Origin: Octopus sinensis
Lineage: Eukaryota
Length of the DNA stretch: 64,000 nt
NCBI RefSeq assembly: GCF_006345805.1
Contig: NC_043004.1
Coordinates: 25,172,001-25,236,000 of the forward strand
Direction: 5' to 3'
Shown here piece by piece: positions 1 through 12,707 of this stretch; position 1 is the first letter of the stretch, and the number at the start of each line of letters is the position of its first letter. A model generated the notes under the pieces. It saw only the letters and a list, made by a program, of their open reading frames with translations, searched no databases and was not told where the DNA came from. The position numbers and the translations under genes were made by a program.

Positions 1-660
1 TATATGTATATATATACATACGTATATATATATGTGTATGTATATATATGTATATATATATACATATGTATATATATATATATATATATACATATATGTA
101 TGTGTATATATATGGATATATATGTATGTATATATGTATATATGTATATATATGTATGTATATATATATGTATGTATGTATATATATGTATATATATGTA
201 TGCATATATATATATGTATATAAATATATGTATATATATATGTATATATATATATGTATATGTATATTATATATGTATATATATATATGTATATATATGT
301 ATATATATATGAACGTAAATATATGTGCATATATATATGTATATATATATATATATATAATACATATATGTATGTGTATATATATGGATATATATGTATG
401 TATATATGTATATATGTATATATATGATGTATATATATATGTATGTATATATATATATGTATATATATGTATGCATATATATATTATGTATATATATATA
501 TATGTATATATATTATGTATATATATATGTATATGTATATTATATATGTATATATATATATGTATATATATGTATATATATATGAACGTAAATATATGTG
601 CATATATATTGTATATATGTATATATATATATATATATTACACACAAATATATATATGCA
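1..660. repeat. Compound (TA)/(TG)/(TATG) microsatellite with a ~272-bp higher-order duplication
   Basis: Rare anchor words recur at a fixed offset: ATGAACGTAAATATATGTG near 309 and 582, ATATGGATATATATG near 111 and 383. Confidence 0.85.
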
Positions 661-1984
661 TGTATACATATGCGTGTCTGTATGTTCATTCATACACACA
701 CGCGCTGGCATAGACAGGCATACACCCATATCCACACGCATACACAAACATGACTACTCAGATTACAGTAATATATACACATTTTCTTTCAAAAGTCACA
801 ATAATATCTCTGTCGGCGCGTCCCCTCAGAATCTAGGTTGTATATGTCGATCCTTATCTGTCTAGAATTTCTGTCTAGTTTTCTTATGAGACTATTTATT
901 ACTAACGATCGCCTTTGGATCCGAGGTTTCGTGTTACAAATACTAAAACAAAACCGGTTCAGCTGCTTCAGAATTCAATAAAAATAACGATATTATGGGG
1001 TATAGTTATAAGGCCAGTGGTTAAGGTGTTTCGCTGTATTCCTAGGATCGTGGTATGATTGTTGTATCATGAGGGGAATTACGTCCTGAAGGCATTTCAT
1101 TTCACTCAGCTGGAAATAATTACAAGCCGGGTGCTGGAGTACCCGTCTCTCCCCTTACAGTAGAACACTCTGGATGTTTCTCAAGGTGAGGGGCTGAGGT
1201 GGTTGAAGAACCAGAGACGGGCCAAGAGTTAGGGTCTGTGTCTATTTACTACTACATATTCACTTAAAAACAATTAGCGAAGACCTGGTTATTGCTATCT
1301 GTATATAGATGCATGTATAAATGCATGTATATAGATGCATGTGTGTATGTATGCATGCACGTATGCATGTCCGTGTGTATGTATGTGTGTATGCATGTAT
1401 GCATGTACGTATGTACGTGTGTGTATATATGTGTGTGTGTGTATGTATGTGTGTGTATGTGTATGTATGTGTGTATGTGTGCATGTATGTGTATGTGTGT
1501 ATATGTGTGTATGCGTGTATGCATATATGTATGTGTGTATGCATGCATATATATATGTATGTACGCATGCATGCATACATGTATGTACGCATGCATGCAT
1601 ACATGTATGTATGTATGTATGTATGTATGTATGTATGTATGTATATATGTATGTGTGTGTGTATGTACGTATGTATGTATTACGTACGTACGCACAATAT
1701 AAACAGTGGCTGTTTACTTCGAAGAATTTCGACGATGATGCCTTCTCAACATAGTCTATGTTAAAATGAAATTTCCGTCGTATAGGGCAGTGCTTCTCAA
1801 ACTATCTGATGTAGCGTGCCGGCAGTTTTTTTTCCAATGTGCCGGGGACCGGTAATATTTCTTAGTAATATTAATTTATACAGTAAACGATTTATATAAT
1901 GAATATAATAAAAGTTGACAAATTTTAAAATCTTTTATTTATTTTGTAAACAAATCATACAATATTGCATAAGCATTTTATAAT

Positions 1985-2103
1985 GTTTCTTGCTTTTCTG
2001 GATCTCCGTATCCCTGAAATCCAGTTCGTCCAGCATGATTTGTAATGGATCGGTGCTCACTGCTTTCAGTACGGTGTCGTCAGCGAATCTTAGATGGTTA
2101 GTT
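1985..2103 (-). mobile_element. RTE-like LINE reverse transcriptase remnant
   Basis: Minus strand reads TNHLRFADDTVLKAVSTDPLQIMLDELD, matching the RTE-type LRFADD catalytic motif and the LQxMLxEL segment; a stop lies immediately upstream. Confidence 0.7.
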
Positions 2104-2444
2104 CAAATGAATGACAAAACGAGAAGCAAAATTGATGGGTCGTGTCAGGGTCTAGTCTACAACAATAAATCTAGATCTATTTGAAGCGTTTCATGTAGTG
2201 GAAAAGGAAATGCTTCAAATAGATGGCATCTGTGTGAATTGAGAATTCTCAAAATAAAAGAGAAAATTTAAAAAATTAAGAAAAGCAAAAAAGTATGTAA
2301 TAAATATCCTCATTTCGAATCAAAAGAAAAAAATGCAAATATTTGAGACAAAGCGTGGATTGGTTATTTTTTAAGAAGCAATTGTTATATACATTTGTGT
2401 GTATGTATGTATATATATATATATATTTGTTTTTTGTGCTACAG

Positions 2445-2624
2445 GAATGTCCTATGAGGAAAACTTTGAACGTTCTCAAGACATATGCTTCGGAAGAGCG
2501 AGCGAGCAGTAATTTGATTGGACGTCCATTTGAAGAGATACCTGGACCTAAAGGGTTGCCAATCTTAGGAACGCTTCTCGATTATTTCAAGAAAGATGGC
2601 TTGTCCTTTACAAAAATGTTTGAG
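2445..2624 (+). CDS. P450 exon 1 (ATG at 2454; MRKTLNV...FTKMFE)
   Basis: TGCTACAG acceptor ends at 2444; GAG/GTTAGT donor; contains IPGPKGLPILG. Confidence 0.9.
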
Positions 2625-2838
2625 GTTAGTTTGAAATTTATGGCAAATTCGTCACGGTCGCAGCGCTTTCATTGTCGCCGTCTTCCTTGTTATCATCGAC
2701 ATCATCATTATCATCATCATTATTGGCGTCGTTATCGTCATCATAAACATCATGACGTTGATGATCATGATCATGTTATCGTCGTCGTCGTCATCTTCAT
2801 CGTCGTCGTCGTCGTCATCGTCATCATCATCATCATCG

Positions 2839-2883
<45 letters not shown>

Positions 2884-5800
2884 ACAACGTCTTTTATCTA
2901 TACTACACCAAAATAGAATGCAGTTGCCTAACTTTATGTCTAACTTTAATGTGCCGTTCTATCTCCGTCTCTTTCTTTCTGCTGTTTTAAATGTCTATAT
3001 TCCCGTGTGATTCTATTTCTCCCTTTACTTTTCTGCCAGAAGAACATTATAGAATTCTTCTCGAGGTCCACATTTTCCATACAACATATTAACTTAGAAT
3101 AATTTAAATTATTATACATTGATAGTTTAAATTCGTCTGAATGAATCTAAACAACATTATAACCCCTGTGTTCAACGAATAGAATGCAAAAACGAGTTAA
3201 TATGATTTCATCTTATTTTTTTTCTTCAGGCATACAACAAAAGAGCACTAGAATATGGTCCAATATTTCGAGAACAGATCACAACAGTAAAAACAGTAGT
3301 AATAAGTGATCTAGATGAATATAGCAAAGTTATCAAAGCTGAAGGCCGCTTCCCAAATCGACGAGAAATGGAACCAATGATGTACCACCGTTATCAACGA
3401 GGAATCGATCTTGGATTAATCAACTCGTAAGAAAATTTATTTAGTTCATTACTTATCTATTTACTCGAATATAATGCTGTCTTGAATATAATATGAGCTC
3501 CCGCTTCTGTACCTAAAAATCGATAAAATATTTCATCCTCTTATTTTTTCCACACGAAGTATAGTGGCAATACGTATACATGTATATATTGTGTAAATAT
3601 TTTATACACTTATTTAATCCTACTGTTTTGCATTAAAGTTCTTGCACTGTACATGAATATATGTGGTAATCGCGTGCTTAATCCTTGAAATAATTTCTAA
3701 AAGAATATTAGCCTAAAGCCAGTCTTAATTATATTAAGCAAGAGGGGATCTCCTTAGATAATCTTCAAGACAGTATAGTGGCTTAAATAAATGTAGTTAC
3801 CATAAATAGATTTATTTAAGCAATCATACGGACTTTCACTGGTTTTCTTCTGACTTTGGATTTTAGTTAATATCCAGGTAGTCTCCTAAAGATAGGATTT
3901 TTTAGTCTATCTCAGTTCATTCTATCTTGTTAGTATTTATACATATCTTATTAACATGTAAGAAGAAAACGATAGACTGCGAAGTGGACACCATACAGAG
4001 AAACAAACTCTGACTTCGTAAATATCATTTTCTTATCTCTAACCTATTTGAATACATTTCTGGAATATCTCTCCGATTGTAAATAGGCTATCCTTTAAAA
4101 TGCATCTTTTGTTTTATGCCTAGTAGTCAGATAAAATGGCCGACATTACTGGATGAATTATGTTTTTGTTTGGTCAACATGGAAAGAAGGCAGTACCTAT
4201 AATCGTTTAGAAAGCCACCGATATTAGTGGGAATGAGGAAAGAAGTTATATTCAATCTGGAGACTTGGTCCGAATATTTGCAACATAGAGGTGCAAAGTG
4301 CCAGGTAGTGGTGTTAAGCAGGATGGCAGATTAAGTTTGCTATCCAAGCAAGTCATGACAGAATTTGAATTCTAAGCGTCTAGTGCAGAAACAAATAGTG
4401 CAATGTATCCGGTTCGATTTTATCACACTTCCACCAATTCAATGCTCCGGACTGAAATTTTTTTATGGATCCCTAAAGAATGAAAGCAAAGTTGACCTTG
4501 GCAGGATTTGAACTCAGAACACGGTGATTCGAAACAGATTCTGTGATACATTCTCTATTCATAGCTCTAATGACTGCCATTTCGCCTTTCTTTTTTTAGA
4601 ATAATGGCTTTTTATGTTGTTCAAAATTTGACCGGCTTATGCACAAGGGAAGTAGTGTTCTGTTCCTGTTCTTTGAGAGAACTTTAAGAAATGAGTTGGT
4701 TTCTACTATGTATTGATAATCGCTGTATTTCAACCGCTTTTCTAATGCTTAGAATGTATATGTTTGTATATATATATTGCGTTGTTCTAGTCAACACTGC
4801 TGACTAAAAGAAAAAAAAAATCATCGAAATCTTCGAAGTTGTTTTTAAAAGCAACCATTTCTTTATGTATGTTGTAGGCAAGGCGAAGAATGGCACAAAT
4901 ACAGATCAGTGCTGAGCCGAAAACTTCTTCTCAGTAAAGAGATACAGCAGCATTGTTCAGCGATGGATGCAGTTGCCAATGATTTCATCACCAGACTTGA
5001 CTTGTTACAACAGTCGGAAAATGGAGAAGTGCATAATTTAGAACATGAAATTTTCAAGTGGTCTATGGAGTGTAAGTATTACGTTACTTCATACGGTAGA
5101 GGCAATAGGTGTTGATAATGATGGTGAGAATGCTGAAAGAGCTTGATGTGATGCTGATTGTTATTTAAAGGGGCTTATTCTATAACCATCCTGACATTCT
5201 GTTTAGGACTAGAGTAACCACCTTTTAAAAACAAGGTGGTGTGAATTGAGGGAATTCGGTTGCAGACTGAGCGATCGTGTAACAGCTCCTAAGAAGTGGT
5301 AGTTGGTTGTGATGGCTGCCGCTCTTCAGATCAAACCAAGGAGACTTTATTTTCATTGGTTTCTCAAATTGCTGTTATTATCAGTCAGTCTCAAATCCTG
5401 ACAGACGAGTCGCCGCTATTCGGTGATTAGGCGGAATTTGAACTCAGAATGCAAGGACCCGGAACAGATACCACAAGACACTTTTTCTGACCCTTTAACA
5501 GTCTCGCCAACGCGCCGCCCCGGATCATATTATCTTTTTTTTTATCTATACCGAATTTGCAACGTCTCAAAGTCTAAAAGTTAAATTAAGCAGTTGAATA
5601 AATAATGGGATTATTTGACGACAAATATTCCAGTTATTTAACCAACTGAGCACTTTGCTCATTGAATTAGTTAATATATATGATCAAACACAGACTGGTG
5701 TTAGTCTGCGTCAGCAAGACTTGGACTATTTCGTAAAATCGATAATAAAAAATATGTGCCGTGTGGAATGGAAAATCCAACGCTTCTGACAGTTCTTCTT

Positions 5801-6179
5801 CAAGAAAAAGTTGATAGAAGAAAAATTAATTTCTCTCTTTATCGATTTTGCGAATTAGTAAATAGCTGTCTATTTCACAGATACTTGTACCCTTAACTTA
5901 ATTCTCAATCAGAATCAGCGTCATCTTCTGTATGACCAGGCTGGAGCAAACTGTCCGTACTGAAAACAGAAACAATCGATTCTATATAATAATTAGTATT
6001 TTGAGAACGATTTACACCAGAAGTACCGAACAGTTATTTGTGACAGCTTTTGCTTTTTACTTTTTAATTTCTTCGACTTTATTGAATGTGTAAACATAAG
6101 CATCAGTTAATATATATATATATATTATATAATATATATATATATATTATATAATATATATATATATATTTATTTATAT

Positions 6180-6210
<31 letters not shown>

Positions 6211-6828
6211 TATATACATAGACAAATATACTCAGAGTAGACCCATTCAGCTATATCCGTGATCTAACTTCCGTTAAACACTGAAGAAAGTAGAATCTCC
6301 CTCTCAACTCTGACCAGTCTCTTCTAGTGGTACTTGAAAAAGTTTGAGAGCTTGATTAGAAAGGAAAATACCTGTTTTCAAGCCTTTCAGATGAGTCCAT
6401 CACAAAACATTTTTCACTACACTGACCAGGCAGAGGAAAGGTAGCCGTCGTTTCTGCTAAAGAAAGGTGGTGGATTGATTTTTCAATATAATATCGATGT
6501 TCGGGACATTGCTTTTCCTAGTTCAGTTATTTCTATGATTCTAAAAGGTTACCCCTTACATCAGCGGTTATCTATATACACATATAACAACTTATTCAAA
6601 CAGTGAAGTGAGTGGGTCAATTCAATTATTGTGTAAATAACTAATTGTGGTTTTAAAATATGACAGAGTGAGGACACCCAAAAATTTTAATTAATAAACA
6701 TGAACAAAATGCAAAACAGAGTAGGGCAATGAGCCTGATCTTCGGTGTTACAGTGATAACTATAGACATTAGCAAACTATGGTTTAAGCGTAACACCTAG
6801 ATACTAGCACGGGTACATGCTTATGCAT

Positions 6829-6860
<32 letters not shown>

Positions 6861-8272
6861 ACACATGCGCACGCACACACACACACATGCACTTATTGTG
6901 TGAATAAATATTGAGTGGTGGCGTGATAAATTAAAAGAATGACTATTATTTTTATTATAGCCGTCGGTACGGTACTTTTTGAGGAAAGAATCGGCTGTCT
7001 TGACCCAGAACCACCAAAATTAGCTTTGGATTTCATCGCTAACCTGGTCGGCTACTTCAAGCTGATGCAGCCGTTGATGTACAACGCTCCCATTTATAAA
7101 GTATTCCCTACCAAACAGTGGAACCAGTTCGTGAGTTTTGCAGATAATGTGATGAACATAGGAAAAACTTTTGTCGAGAGAGTAAGTTTTAAATATTTCA
7201 CATGTTATTGTTTAACCCTAGGTCAATCCTGATTGAGTTGATGTATGAACAAAATAGCGAAGAGACATTCCTTCTTATTTCAATTTTTTAATCGACGCTG
7301 TTTCTTCAGCTAGGGCAGAGACCTGGTTAATATCTTGAGAAAGTATCTAACGCAGAATATAGAAATATAGTTATCGTGGATATTTGATTTAAAATTTACT
7401 TGACAAAATGGGATAATTTTCTTTAGATGATGAGATGCGACCGTTCCTTGTGCTACAAAGTTTACGTGTCAACACGAAATATGGATACTTGAAGGTACAC
7501 AAGCCACATTATATTACACGAAGGCATAGGAGGCATGCTATATACTTTGTTTAGATTACATATTTATTTTTTATTTTTGTATATCAGTACGACAGAATAC
7601 CTCGTTAGCGTATTACTATTGTGGAATGATGTATTGCTTATATGTCCTTCTTATCAAGCAGTTTAATATACTTGTACGTAAATCTATCAGCATACATATC
7701 ATGTATGAACTGTAAAACGCATGCACACAGACACACACTCTATGCTCACCCAATATATATGTGTATTTTTTCTTGAATTTCTTTGCTAGAAGCTAAACAA
7801 ACTACAGAAAGAGATAGAAGACGGCAACGTCAATAGTGAAGAAACCTCAAAATTTCTATCCTACTTACTCACCCAAAAATCCTTGTCTCTTTGTGAAGCT
7901 ACTTCATCTGCAGTTGATCTTCTCAGTGGAGCTGTAGAAACCGTAAGTATTTCTCTATTGCTTATTGTATTTTATCACTATTTATATAAAATAAATTTGA
8001 GTTTATGAGTTTTCGACCTCTCAAGTTACATAAGGACCCAAAGACATTTGTCTAAAACGTCAAAAGAACAGGTGACCAAATTTTTTTTTGTAGAATTACG
8101 AGTTCGCACCTGGTTCACTTCCTCTCCCACATACCTTATATAAACCACAAAGCAAGAACAGATATTTTGGTATCACTTGATTTCACATTTTGTGTTTCTT
8201 AATAGTGAGAAATTTGGGGATTTGGAGTGTTAGCTCCTTTTTCTAGCAAGTGGTATTCCGGTACCCTACTTT

Positions 8273-8303
<31 letters not shown>

Positions 8304-8575
8304 GAAAATAGTAAAAAGTGAAAAAACTACAGAAGGCTTGTTTTAAAAGGTTAAAAAATATATATTTGAGTCATTATGTCAGAAGAATGTTATAAATTTT
8401 TTTCATACAGTGACATAGTTTTTGAAGAAATTACCGGTTTCGTTTTAACTTTTCAAATTTCTCAAAACTATGTCACTGTATGAAAAAAATTTATAACATT
8501 CTTCTGACATAATGACTCAAATATATATTTTTTAACCTTTTAAAACAAGCCTTCTGTAGTTTTTTCACTTTTTAC

Positions 8576-8607
<32 letters not shown>

Positions 8608-9694
8608 GAACTACAGATAAATATAGGGCGTTGTCAATCTAAACTAGCAATTTCTTTTCGAGTGAACTTGAGTTGTGGATTGACAGAAACGGTAGGCTGT
8701 CATAAAATATGTTGCAGTATATAGTTATGGCCTTTTAAGTTTATGAGTCACTAAAGTCAAGTTTCTCATTACTCAAATACATACACACATACATATATAC
8801 ATGCACACATACACACATACAAACACTTGCTTCGAATTATGAAATAGAAGCAGTTCTGGATTAAGATCTTTATTCATAGGACATGCTAAACGTATGTATA
8901 TCGTCGAAAGGTCAGAGGCATCTGGGGCTGTTTCAAAGAAAGAACCCTCTATAGACGTATTGTGTTAAAAAACACAAAATATTTCAGAACTAGACAAAAC
9001 AAAATCGTCCCCGAAGCGACCGCCAGAGTGATAAATGCACATTTCACAGTTTTTACAGATTTTTAATATATATATATTCTATTGAATTTTCTTGCAGACG
9101 TCTAACTCCATAGTCTGGGTATTGTATTGTCTTGCTAAAAATCCACAAGTCCAAGAAGAGATATACAAAGAAGTATGTAAAATCGTTGGTCCAGGAGAGG
9201 AACTGACACCTGCGAAACTTACCAGTATACCACTGGTGAAAGCCTGTCTCAAGGAAGCTCTTCGGTAAATATCTTTTACTAGTAAGACCAGTAGAAATTC
9301 CACGAAATGGAAAAAATTAAGAGGACCTATTTAAGAAAGAAAGGGTTATTTGCATTTCCATAGCCTTCATATTCTTGACGTTCTTCTACATTCATTTCCT
9401 CACGTCCCCGTCGATGTTGTCTTTTCCCTCTTTTTATTATATCTTCTCATTGTTCCTCTCTGATCCGTGCACTATATCAGGCGCATCCTTTCTCAGGCAG
9501 CTTGCAACCGTATTTCTTGTGAATCCAGATTTTAGGCTAAATTAATCCCTACAAACAAATATCAATTTTTTTAAGCGAGCAGGCAATAAATAATTAGACT
9601 TATGCATATAAGATGGTCGCTATAAAATATTAGCTCAATACAAAAAAATGCTTTTCAATATCAACAAACCACCACCGCTATCTGCCTCTCTCTT

Positions 9695-9738
<44 letters not shown>

Positions 9739-11198
9739 TCTCTCTCTAAGTATAACTGCCTCCCCTGTCCATCTCTCGCTACTTTTCCATTCTGCTAACC
9801 TTTTCCTCACGTAATAAGCATTCCTTCCCCACCCCACCGCACATCGTTAATACTTCTCTCTCCCTCTTTTTCCCTCGTCGTCTTTTTCTCTCGTTCTTCG
9901 CTTCTACCTTCAACTGACCACGTAACACATTAAGCGCAAGTGTATTAATATTAATCACATTTCTCTACTTCTCCCTCTCTTCTTTCTTCACTTCTCCCAC
10001 CCTCTCTCTTACTCCACCCCTCACTCACTCCACCTCTAACTAACTAATGTATAACAGGCGAACGAACAAGCAGAATATTATATAGATTATCAAACAATTA
10101 TTCTTCTTCATTCATTTTTAAACAAGAAAACAAGGAGCATTATCATCCTTGGGCCCCCACACACATGTACATGTATGTATATGTATGCATATGTATGTTT
10201 ATGTATATATTTATACGTTATATACATATGAGTGTGTATGTATGTAAGTGTACACCGTACAGGTCAACAATTTGGGGCAAGGGATCAATCGATTTATTCG
10301 ATGCGTGCTACAAGTACTTTATTTCATTGAAATTGGGAAGGATGAAAACAAATTTGGCTTCGGTCGGGTCTATGAAGAAATTCGAATCTGTCCTCCTAAA
10401 TATCCTAAAATGATATCAAACAAAAGACAAGAATAATCTCTGGCAATAGAGAGAATGACGGGTTTATGTGGATGCTAGCTCTGCTAGAAATAGCAAACAA
10501 ATATCCCTCAAATCACACACTACTGTCGATGGAGGAACACGCTAGATAATGCAGTTTAGTCCCTAAAAAGTAATAATAAAAATGACGAGAGGAAAGTTAG
10601 CTTCTTAAACATAGGAGTTCTGGTTAACATTTTGTCTGTCCTACGTATCGCATCTAATGCACAGGACATATTTCCCTGGTGTCTATGTACCATACGTGAT
10701 ACACACTTCCAAATTTTTCAATCACTTGAGTAATTTGAGACTTACGAAACGAAAGCTTTCTATTATGTAGATCGTAAGAAACGAGGGCTAACTAAAAATT
10801 TGAAAACAAGGACGGACAGGCAGGGGAAGACAAAGGGTTAAATATCAAACCGACTGATATACAAGTAGGGGAAAAATATGTTAAAAACTTACAACTATAG
10901 TATTCACGGGAAAAAGGCGTTCTAGAACCTACTTAGTAATTTAGAAGTAGGCCTACTTAGTAGTTTAAAAGTTTCTTAGCAACATGGGAAGCATTAAATA
11001 CTAAACTTTTGCTGACGTCTACAGTTGCCATTTTTGTGGGAGAAATAGATGGAATATTCATTGCGTGTGTTTATGTACGTATGTATGCATGCGCGTATGT
11101 GTGTGTGTGTGTGTGTGCATGTGAGTGTAGTAGGAGGAGCACACACATTTATACACATATACACACACAATCATTTATATGGGTGTGTGTGTATGTGC

Positions 11199-11238
<40 letters not shown>

Positions 11239-11881
11239 AAGGAAAATAAGTTGGCTAGCAGCAAGCTGTTTCGCCTCATACCGAAGGAATTAGAAATGGC
11301 AGTCAAAGACCGTTTTTTCCATTTCTATAAGTGGAGATTCCAAAAGCGAAGGCCCTTGCGGCTCACATACACAAAACCGGAGTGGCAAATATACGAATTC
11401 AGTCACTTACCGTTAATAGCGAACACGGTGTTTCTGGATCACAAACAGGGGAGTTTGAATTCCGTCATCAGCGCTATATTCGTTAGCTTTATCAAATGCC
11501 ACCAGCCCTCACTTCTGACCCAGCGACATCAGATAGTGGGGGGAAGTGCGCAGATGTTAAAACCAAGTAACGACTGGGAACGTAAATATATATATGTATA
11601 TGTGTGCGTATGAGTGTGTATGACTCAGCTTCACATTTTCAAAAAAGTGTCGTAGGTGTAGAATACGTTTATATCATCAGATACTCGAAGTCAGATTAAA
11701 AGTATTTTACAGTTCTATATTTAAGAGATCAGGAATTATGTACATTATTTACATTTGACGGATATTTGTTCTCATCTTGTTTGTTGTTAACACAACGTTT
11801 CGGCTGATATACCCTCCAGCCTTCATCAGGTGTCTTGGGGAAATTTCGAAACTGGGTTCTGATTCCTAAGGTATTTTTCGA

Positions 11882-11913
<32 letters not shown>

Positions 11914-12084
11914 TATTATTATTATTATTATTCAGGTCACTGCCTGGAATCGAACTCGGAATCCTGGGGTTAGTACCCCGCACTCTTAACTACTATGCCA
12001 TATGCCCGAGCGCGGGCTATTAACCCAAACATTCCGAGTTCGATTCCAGACAGTGACCTGAATAATAACAACAACAACAACAAC

Positions 12085-12142
<58 letters not shown>

Positions 12143-12626
12143 TCGGAAAAAATCCGTAGGAACGAGAACCCGGGTTCGAAATTCCCTCAGTTCACCTGAT
12201 GAAGGCTGGAGAGTTCATCAGCCGAAACGTTGTGCTAACAACAAACAAGATGAGGACAAATATCCGTCAAATGTAAATAATGTAAATAATTCCTCATCTC
12301 TCAAATAGAGGTATATCAAGTTGTTATCCAATATAGCTTTTCCCTCTTGACGCATGCTATTTTTGTCACAGCCCTCCGCACCTTTCCACATTACACCCCA
12401 CTCCCATCCCACTTACACTCCAAACTACAATGTGAAACAGTTCAAACAGAATTCCAATATGAGTGCCTCTTCGTGGTCACTCGACGTACAAGAAATAATG
12501 ATCAAATATCCCTCAAAATCATACCCTAACAAGTTGGATAAATGGGGAAAAAATGGGAAACAGCTGGAATGTCATAGGTCTGTCCGATCAGAGTTGAGCC
12601 GGAGTCAAACCTCCTCCTCCTCCTCC

Positions 12627-12707
<81 letters not shown>

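Noticed and set aside
4-1764. Many 60-220-aa ORFs rich in Y/I/M/C/V/H/T
   Set aside because: Translations of TA/TG/TATG microsatellites; no splice support or domain motifs. The same applies to similar ORFs near 20.3, 22.7-25.2, 33, 34.5, 40.5, 54 and 57.5 kb.
2625-2990. C-terminal extension of the 215-aa ORF (His-, Val- and Ile-rich)
   Set aside because: Read-through into P450 intron 1 across a (CAT/CGT)n tract; the exon ends at the GT donor at 2625.
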